From contig CAXXNF010000001.1 of NCBI GenBank assembly GCA_963666365.2, positions 320,001 through 384,000 on the forward strand: 64,000 nt of DNA, given 5' to 3'. Origin of the DNA: Syntrophales bacterium. Its GTDB lineage: Bacteria; Desulfobacterota; Syntrophia; Syntrophales; UBA2210. Below the pieces are notes generated by a model. That model did no database searches and was not told the origin of the DNA. It saw nothing but the letters and a program-made list of their open reading frames with translations. Every line of letters starts with the position of its first letter. The first letter of the stretch is position 1. Below are positions 10,328 to 19,100 of the stretch, one piece after another. A program made the translations under genes and the position numbers.

Positions 10328-10660
10328 TTATAGATCGGCAAGGGCGTCTTCCAGTGAACTATGAATCGGAATGATATTGCTGAATCCCGAAATTTCAAAC
10401 ACTTCTTTTACCATATCGGTGAGCGAGGCAAGCAGAATCTTTCCGGTTTTGGTTTTCAGTTTTTTGGCGACGGTAAGAATACTGCGCAGTCCCGAGCTGC
10501 TTATATATTCAAGATTGCTGCAATCGACAACAAGCAGGGTTTCGTTTTTATCAATCAGGTCGTTCATTTCTTTTTCAAACTCCGGGGACGACAGGGCGTC
10601 CATCCGACCTGAAAGTGAAACAATCATCGCTTTTTCGTCTTTCTTTGTCGTTATATTCAT
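10328..10660 (-). CDS. STAS-domain anti-anti-sigma factor (RsbV-like)
   Basis: LSGRMDA, LEYISSSGLR phosphoacceptor motif, EVFEISGF; RBS aaggagg. Confidence 0.92.
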   Translation of the reverse strand: MNITTKKDEKAMIVSLSGRMDALSSPEFEKEMNDLIDKNETLLVVDCSNLEYISSSGLRSILTVAKKLKTKTGKILLASLTDMVKEVFEISGFSNIIPIHSSLEDALADL

Positions 10661-10822
10661 GAAACCTTCTCCTCCTTACGTGTGGTCAATGTACCTGCAT
10701 CCGGCAGTGCTCGACGGCAAAAAGCTTCCTGCACCGATCTCCCGCAATCATTGAGAAATATCAACAATAATGCAAGAAAATAATTTTCAACGTATCAATG
10801 AATGCCCTGCCGGCATCACTGG

Positions 10823-11578
10823 CTACTTTTCCGCCTTCTCAAGGTCTTCGTCCACGTTGCGGTTGAAATCCAACGTGAGATAATCAAACGTCATGGGCAG
10901 TGAAAGTTCCAGCCTCTGGATAAACTGAATGCCCGCCCGCACCCCCTCAGGTTCACACTCAAGGAGATGACCTCCATGGCGAAGATCGGATGAAAGAAAA
11001 TGTAGGTGCAGTCCCGGCACATTGAGCGACGACATGAACGAGGGGGTAAAGAATCCCGCCAGAACACCTTTTACATTTTCGAAAGAAAATACCGGTTGGT
11101 CGGCGGTTACCTCCACCAGCGGCCGATAGTTCTCCTGTTTAGGGACGGAACGCACCCTGATGCGTCTGAAGAGTCCTTCAATCCGTATCGCATAGAAGAG
11201 ATTGGGCGAAGGCAGAAGACGATCGATCCACTTCAAAAATTCCTTGTGGTCGACCGACTGATCCAGATCGTCATGGGTAAGCGGCTGATAAAAGGTCACA
11301 CATGCAAAGGGCGTCTTTTCAGACTCATCAACCTGGGCGACTGTGCCGTCGCCTTTTATCTGAAAGATTTTCCCGTCAAGCATGATCATCTCGCCGTCCA
11401 GGCGATCGAAGGTGCCGATGCCGAAATCACCGTGTTTTTTAATCTCTCGAAAGGGTATCTTCTCTTCGTAAATACCCTCGACAAGAGCGTTTGCCGGGGC
11501 ACACAAAAAAATGGGACTTTGTTGCCGGATCGTGGTGTCTCCTGATTTCATGTCAGATTTATCGCTTCCTTTCCGCAT
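10823..11578 (-). CDS. budA: Alpha-acetolactate decarboxylase
   Basis: HGDFGIGTFDRLDGEM, TPFACVTF, GLHLHFLS...GGH Zn ligands. Confidence 0.92.
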   Translation of the reverse strand: MRKGSDKSDMKSGDTTIRQQSPIFLCAPANALVEGIYEEKIPFREIKKHGDFGIGTFDRLDGEMIMLDGKIFQIKGDGTVAQVDESEKTPFACVTFYQPLTHDDLDQSVDHKEFLKWIDRLLPSPNLFYAIRIEGLFRRIRVRSVPKQENYRPLVEVTADQPVFSFENVKGVLAGFFTPSFMSSLNVPGLHLHFLSSDLRHGGHLLECEPEGVRAGIQFIQRLELSLPMTFDYLTLDFNRNVDEDLEKAEK

Positions 11579-11581
11579 ACG

Positions 11582-12301
11582 CTAAAAAAATTGGAATAGA
11601 GATTTTGGGATAACACCGGCAAAATCGATGAAATTGACGGCAAAATGGGCGCATATGATGGCCGGGATCGATCGGGTGCATATATAGGCAATCATGAATA
11701 CGGCACCGATTAGCGAGGTGATCACCACCGCGTGCAGGCCGAGGCTCCAGTGAATCAACCCGAAGGCAAGAGCTGATATCAGCACTATGGCAAGAGCGTT
11801 TCGGGTATAGCGGCTGAGGAATCTGTGTACATAGCCGCGGAACACTATCTCTTCGAAAACCCCCACCATAAAGAGGCCGAAGGTCAGGTCTATCCAATCC
11901 CAGAGCGGACTGGTTATCGCCGGCATACCGCCCAGGGCTTTGCACTCGGGAAAGTGCTCGATCAACCGGTAGCCGTTTTGATCTATGAGAGTCCCCACAA
12001 GAGCCACCATTACAAAAACCGCCAGAAATGACGTCACGCTCTGATAGGAAAATCCGAATTCGGAAGGCCGCATCCTCCCGCTTCGAATGAGCCACAGCAC
12101 TATCAGGCACGGAAATAACTTTACTCCGGCATAATCGATAAAAAGCCACCACTGCCAGCTTTTTACGAAGATATTCGCAAAATCGTTGAGATAAAAAGGG
12201 GCCGCCAGGAGAATCAGGGCCATGACGTAGAGCCTGTGATTATTTTTCGACTCCGGATTATTTTGCAAAAAAACCATATCGTCTGCTTTCCACGGTAACA
12301 T
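11582..12301 (-). CDS. CPBP/Abi (CAAX protease) intramembrane metalloprotease (start uncertain)
   Basis: EEIVFRG, FGLIH, HFAVN motifs; multiple TM segments. Confidence 0.88.
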   Translation of the reverse strand: MLPWKADDMVFLQNNPESKNNHRLYVMALILLAAPFYLNDFANIFVKSWQWWLFIDYAGVKLFPCLIVLWLIRSGRMRPSEFGFSYQSVTSFLAVFVMVALVGTLIDQNGYRLIEHFPECKALGGMPAITSPLWDWIDLTFGLFMVGVFEEIVFRGYVHRFLSRYTRNALAIVLISALAFGLIHWSLGLHAVVITSLIGAVFMIAYICTRSIPAIICAHFAVNFIDFAGVIPKSLFQFF

Positions 12302-12388
12302 GGACGATTGGAAAAAGTGTACAACGTCGACGTTAAGTAATTCTTTTCAATTTTTCCTACTTTTGCAAACTTTTCACACTTTATTTTA

Positions 12389-12910
12389 TCACAGTGATCC
12401 ATCCAATTCGTCGGCGACGGGTTTCTTGCACACCCGGCATCTCTGAGCTCCTCTGAAAAGCGGATTCCCGCAGGAAGAGCAGTGATACCGCTCGCACTCG
12501 CTTCTCGCCCATTCGATGCTCCCCGCTTCGTCGCCCAGCGCAGCCACCTTTGCTCTCCAGATCGGTATAGTCCGCATCATGACCCTCACACCCGTTGCCA
12601 GCGGGAATTCTTTCACCATGGTGCAAGGCCACTCCTCGCACTGATGGCAGGAATAATACCCCTTCGATCTGACACAGTCCCTCATCGGGCATTCCCGGCA
12701 AAAGCCATAAATTTTATTTGGCGGATCGGACTGCATACATCCAAGGCATTCCGTTTCTTCCGGTTTCGTGCCGTATAGGTTTCCCATAACCTGCTTGAAC
12801 TTCTCATTTCCATCCCGGGTGGCGATATATATGCCACAGGCACCGCAATAAAGCCCACAAGGTGCCATCAGATTTTTATCCCTGATTTCCTCTTTGGTCC
12901 ATCCTCTCAT
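12389..12910 (-). CDS. DUF3795-type Cys-rich protein with C-terminal Zn-ribbon
   Basis: APCGLYCGAC, CLGC, CRECPMRDC, CHQCEEWPC, CSSC...CRVC. Confidence 0.8.
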   Translation of the reverse strand: MRGWTKEEIRDKNLMAPCGLYCGACGIYIATRDGNEKFKQVMGNLYGTKPEETECLGCMQSDPPNKIYGFCRECPMRDCVRSKGYYSCHQCEEWPCTMVKEFPLATGVRVMMRTIPIWRAKVAALGDEAGSIEWARSECERYHCSSCGNPLFRGAQRCRVCKKPVADELDGSL

Positions 12911-13062
12911 TGTTCCCCTCCTTTACCACAGACTGCCGAATGCCATTCAGTTCCCTTTACACTTCCGGGTTCTCCATGCGTCATTTCCACGGGGTATAGT
13001 ACCCGAGAATGCATCTTATCACAAAAGATTGTTTTCAGAAAAAGTCAGCAGCCGGATGAGAA

Positions 13063-13096
13063 CACCAGGGCCTGAAGCGTGTATCAGGCCCCGGTG
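13063..13096 (-). terminator. Stem-loop downstream of the giant surface protein gene
   Basis: caccagggcctga...tcaggccccggtg 13-bp stem (one G-U pair on the minus strand). Confidence 0.5.
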
Positions 13097-13105
13097 CATT
13101 TCAAA

Positions 13106-16100
13106 TTACGGTCTTAATGAGGCGATTTTTTGCAGAATATAAACAGCCTCCGCCAGACCGATTTTACCGTTCCCGTTCACATCGGCACCGGATGTAACAT
13201 AATCGGGACGTATCCACTCGGAAGGCACCCCCGCCATTACCTTGAGCGCCAGAATGGCATCGGCGAGATCGACCACGGAGTCACCGTTGAGATCCCCCTT
13301 CAGAACGGCCGATTCCTTTGCAAGGATCATCTTTTCGGTGATGGCCCCGCCGAACCCATTCAAATAGACCGGATCGAACACATACCCGGATTTCATCACC
13401 TCGATCCCGACCACATCGCCCGGCGCCACATTCGGCACCAGGAACCTGCCCGAGGCGGAGGTCGTGCTGCCCCCTCCTTCATAGAGCACGCTGTAGGCAG
13501 TCCCGCTTCGGCTCGTCAGCGTGACCGTGGCGCCGCTCAGTGGATTCATCGACTGGTCCATTACCGTGCACCCCAAGAGACCGTTACTGCCGGTCACGCC
13601 AAAACCGGTCATCTCGGCCGCCGTCGCCATGAAGAGGTTGACACCGGAAACGCCCCCCGGCAGATTCGCCGGACCGGCAAAGACCGGCACATAGCCGCTT
13701 GCCGTCACCTTGACATAGAGACAGGCGTCCCTCGGCAGGCCGCCGAAGCTGTAGGACCCGCCACCTGCCGTGGTGGTAAACTTACCCGGATCACCATGCA
13801 GCGCCAGTGTCGCCCCGGAAATGCCTGCTCCGGCAAAGGTCCTGACGGAACCGCTGATCGATGCATCATAACCCGGCGCAGTCCCCCAGATTCTCCCCTG
13901 GGTCACGGCACTCTCCTCGCCACGAAACGTCCGTGTCCAGAAACTCCACCCATCCCTGGCGGCGGTTATGGTCAATCGGTCGCCGGCATCAACATTCAGC
14001 ACGTAAAAATGGCCGTTACCGTAAGTGGCATTGCCGCCCAGAACACCGAAAGGATCGCGGTACACAACGGAATAAGGAACGGCCGGGTGCAGTTCGCTCG
14101 TGGCCGTCACCACCGCTCCGCCCACGGTACCGGCATACCGGTAGGTCAAATCGGAAACGCGGCCCGCAATAAGGGACTTCCCTTCGTCAGGCATTACACC
14201 CATGGCCTCAAGATTTCCTGATGTGAACATGGTGAACGGCGAGGAACCGCCGTAGGCATCACCGTTGATGTACGTATCCGCAGTTAAGGTGATATCTACC
14301 GAATAAAGATCCATATACCCTGTTCGGCTGAACTTCAGTGCGAAGGGCGCATTCGCCGGCACACCGGCAAGGCTGAAAGTGCCGTCCGTCGTGGATGAAG
14401 TCGTCGACGTTGATGCATTACCCGCAAGCGACACCGTCACACCGGGCGCCGCGATCACCGCCCCGTTCCAGTCCCGCACAAACCCGCTTACCGCTACCGT
14501 AGACGCACTGCCGGTGTAGGTAAAGCTGCCGCTCGCAAACGACATGTTCCAGGCGCCGTTTTGTTCGATACCGGTGCTGATCATGTAGGTATAGGTCATG
14601 CCGTGTATCAGTGCCGGACCGTCATAGGAAACTGATGTCTGGGTCCCGGGAATGTTGTAACTGTTCCAGACCCTCGTTCCCGACCCGTCGTTGAGTTCGA
14701 CACCATAGCCGCTGGCACCGGAAATGCCTGTCCATGAAAAATCTGTCAGGCTCGAAATGCTTCCCAATGGCTGGAGGTTCGTGGCAAACTCGGAGACATA
14801 GCCCGCAATGTTTTTCGTCACGGGATCAATGGCATCTCCTCCCGTCTGGGGAGTAAAGGTAAAGGTGAAAGCGGGCCAGCTCAAATCCGGCGTCGCACCG
14901 ATCAGGCATCCCTGGCTGTACCAGTTTCTTCCCTCCTCATTCCAGATCAAATCTATCCCCGAACCGACGTAGGAAGGCCCCGTGACTCTTACGGCGGAGG
15001 CCATATGAAGGGGATCCTGCACATAGAAGCTCACATAATATTTGCCGTCGCTCTGGAAATGCATCGTCTGGACCTGCGCCTGAGGCACCGTCGAGGCAAT
15101 TTTCTCTTCCATGTAGATAAAAGGAAAGAGATCGGGAAAACGCAGGAACTGCCCTTCCGCCAGGGTTTGACCGGTCTCGCCGGTCAGATTCTGCATGCCT
15201 TCACCATTGATGGCGACGGATGCGTAAAGTGTGTTCCCGTTCTCTACGCTCAAATCGAACATGAGGGTCGTCGTGGTCGGATCGAGACCCGTGCGGACGA
15301 TAGGATCGGAGCCCCAGATTTGATTTCCCGAATTCTGAATCTCCCCTTGAATAATCAGCGTATTGTCGGCATAGAGGACACCGTCGCAGTAGCCCTTCAC
15401 CCAGGTGACGGTAATGTGCGCCTCGTTGTACCCGTCGCTGTCACTACCCAGACCCATTTCCAGACGGTAGGCCTTCTGGGCATTCAGATCGATATTGAAA
15501 TTGGCCAGTTCAAGGGAGTAGAACCAGGATGCCGGGTCCGCTCCCGCGGGCAGGGCCTCCGGACTCGAATAGAGGACCGTGACCCCTTCCGCGCCCTCGA
15601 CAGCGGGCTTGATAGTCGCCTTCCCACCCTCCGTGTCCAGCGTGACGTTTGCCGGGGGAAGGCCCGGCGCCTGTCCCCAAAAATAGGTCGTCGCAGTCGA
15701 TTCTCCCGTCGGCTGCGTGACGACATCGGCCAACGACGAAAGATTTATCGCATCGTTCGCAACCGTCCCTGCTGAAAAATCATAAGAGACCTGACGGCCC
15801 GAATCGTCCGAGTAGGAAAGGTGTTTCACATCAACCGAGTAGGGGGCCTGTCCCGTTTCAAGAATCATTTTTTCAGTGACGGCGCCGCCGAATCCGTCGA
15901 GGTATACCGGATTGAAGGCATAGCCCGATGCGGTCGTCTCGATCTTTACCACATCGCCCGGCGCCACATTCGGCACCAGGAACCTGCCCGAGGCGGAGGT
16001 CGTGCTGCCCCCGCCTTCATAGAGCACGCTGTAGGCAGTCCCGCTCCGGCTCGTCAGCGTGACCGTGGCGCCGCTCAGGGGATTCATCGACTGATTCATT

Positions 16101-19100
16101 ACCGTGCACCCCAAGAGACCGTTGCCCCCGGTCACGCCAAAACCGGTCATTTCGGCCGCCGTCGCCATGAAGAGGTTGACACCGGAAACGCCCCCCGGCA
16201 GATTCGCCGGACCGGCGAAGACCGGCACATAGCCGCTCGCCGTCACCTTGACATAGAGATAGGCGTCCCGCGGCAGGCCCCCGAAGCTGTAGGACCCGTC
16301 ACCTGCCGTGGTGGTAAACTTACCCGGATCGCCATGCAGCGCCAGCGTCGCCCCGGGAACGCCTGCCCCGGCAAAGGTCCTGACGGAACCGCTGATCGAT
16401 GCGTCATAGCCCGGCGCCACACCCCAGATGCGTCCCTCGGTCACCGCATCGCCCACTGCACCGAAGGTACGGATCCCGAAGCTCCATCCGTTTCTGAAGG
16501 CGTTCACTGTCACCCTGTCGCCGTCATCGACATTCAGCACATAAAAACGGCCGTTACCCCAAGTGGCGCCGCCGCCCAGAACACCGAAAGGATCGCGGTA
16601 CACAACGGAATAAGGAACGGCCGGGTGCAGTTCGCTCGTCGCCGTCACCACCGCTCCGCCCACGGTACCGGCATACCGGTAGGTCAAATCGGAAACGCGG
16701 CCCGCAATAAGGGACTTCCCTTCGTCAGGCATTACACCCATGGCCTCAAGATTTCCTGATGTGAACATGGTGAACGGCGAGTAACCGCCGTAGGCATCAC
16801 CGTTGATGTATGTATCCGCAGTTAAGGTGATATCTACCGAATAAAGATCCATATACCCTGTTCGGCTGAACTTCAGTGCGAAGGGCGTATTCGCCGGCAC
16901 ACCGGCAAGGCTGAAAGTGCCGTCCGTCGTGGATGAAGTCGTCGACGTTGATGCATTACCCGCAAGCGACACCGTCACACCGGGCGCTGCAATCACCGCC
17001 CCGTTCCAGTCCCGCACAAACCCGCTTACCGTTACCGTAGACGAACCGGCACCGGCCTGGTTGACGGTAAACGTCTCTCCGGCGATGGTCATCGTGCCCG
17101 TCCGGGCCTCACCCGTATTGGCATCCAACGTGTAGCTGACAGAACCGCTACCCTTCCCGGCCGCACCGGAGGTGATATGAATCCAGGATTCATTGCTGAC
17201 TGCGGTCCAGGACACATCCGCCTGAACTGAAACTGTTACACTGCCCGTCCCGGCTTCAGCGGTGTCAAAGGTCTGTCCGGTCGCCGACAGGATGGGACTC
17301 CCCGTAATGCCGCCCTGATGGATGGCGTCGGCAGCGATTGTGTACACACGCTGTTTGAAGGTCCAACCTTCCTTTTCAGCCGTCACGGTTATCGTATCTC
17401 CCGGATCGACGTTCTTCACGATAAAACGACCGGTAGCCCCGTCGGTCGAATCAAGGGTACAGGCGTCGTTATAACAGATCTGATAACTGGAGTTGGAAGA
17501 ATATTTCCGGCTGAAGGCCGTTACGGTGGCCCCACCGACATAATTCCCCGCTTCATCTTTTATCCGGGCGCGGATAATGCCCTGCCCGAACGTCACATTC
17601 CATGTGTCCAACTGCCCCAAGGGGAAAAGGGTAAAATCGCCCAGTTCGACTGCAGCGCCTCCCGAAACGCTGATCATCGCACTATAGGTCGGCACATAGT
17701 CCGCCTTGCTGAACTTCAGATAGAAGGGAACCCCCGAGGGCACAGCCAGATTGTAGAGCCCGCCGCCTGAAGACATGGTGCTGTTGGCCGGCTCCGCCCC
17801 TACCTGCTCTACTGTAACGCCATCGATGCCGGTCGTACCGGCGCTGTCCTTTATGGCCCCGGCAATGGGGGTTGTCGTGATCGACTGCCCCACAGGACTG
17901 AAGCGGAAATTATCATAGGCCACATCATCGCCGTCATTGGCCGCCTCGACGATTTCCACCCGTGCAATGGGCATGTTCGGTGAGGCAAGACCCCAGAAGG
18001 GATTGTTGCCCTGACCGACCCCTCCGCCGGCAATCACGCTCAGATCGGTATTTTCGTAAATAAGCGAATTGTCTTCCCCATACACCCGTATGCGTTCGCC
18101 GCCCGTCCCGCCGTAATCGATAAAGGTCCAGCCGATGGCGTTCACGGCGGGATTGAATATCAATGTCAGTGAATCCTCATTTGCATCACCCGACTCATAC
18201 GGCGCTTCACCGGGAGAGAGATGATTCGAATTCCAGTACCCCGATGTCGGCGGATAGATCCACATGGGTTGGCTGTTCGGTGTGGAAAAGGTGATCCCCT
18301 CACCCGCATATTCATTCCCTGCAAAGGAAATGCGGCCTGCGGAGGCATCCCGATCCTCGAAATTGATGAGTTTCATCGGAATTACGGCTGCAGTAAAGGC
18401 CGCTTCGCTGGTAAAGGTGGTGATCGTAGGCGCGGCGCCCGTGAAGGTAAATTCCGACTCTGCAAAAGACGAATTGGGGTTGCCGTCCGTTTCGATTAAC
18501 GAAATGACCGTATACCGGTAGGTATGCCCCGCAACCAGCGCGGGACCGTCATAGACGATGCTGGTCTGACCGGCTTCCATTTCCGGCCCTGACCAGAGCC
18601 AGCTACCCGCGGTCATGTCTTCCAGAAAAATTTCATAGCCGGTTGCACCGGTAATGCCCGTCCAAGAGAATGTGGGATTCGCGGTGGTCACATCCCCCGC
18701 AGGCTCCAGGTCGGTTGCAAACTCCGCCACGTAGACACTGACGGTCTTGGAAACAACCACAGGCGTTCCGCCCGTTTCGGCGGTAAAGGCATAGGTGAGC
18801 GCCTCGGTGGGCGGCGTCGTTCCCAGATCGATCGCTGCGTAGATCTCCCAACGCCCCCTTTCAGTAATGTAGCCCAGAAGCAGCTCCCCCGCGAGCCCGG
18901 GACCGTTGACGGTGACGCCTGTAAAGGCGTGTGTCGAATCGTTTACAAACATATTGATGTAATAGTTGGTACCCGCGTGATAGGAATACACGGTAAAGGG
19001 CGACTGCGATTGCGCAGGTCTTCCAAAGAAAGATTCTTCAGAGATAAAGCCTGCCTGAGCGGGCACGACGGCGCCGTTAAAATCGAAGCCGTAGCCGCTC

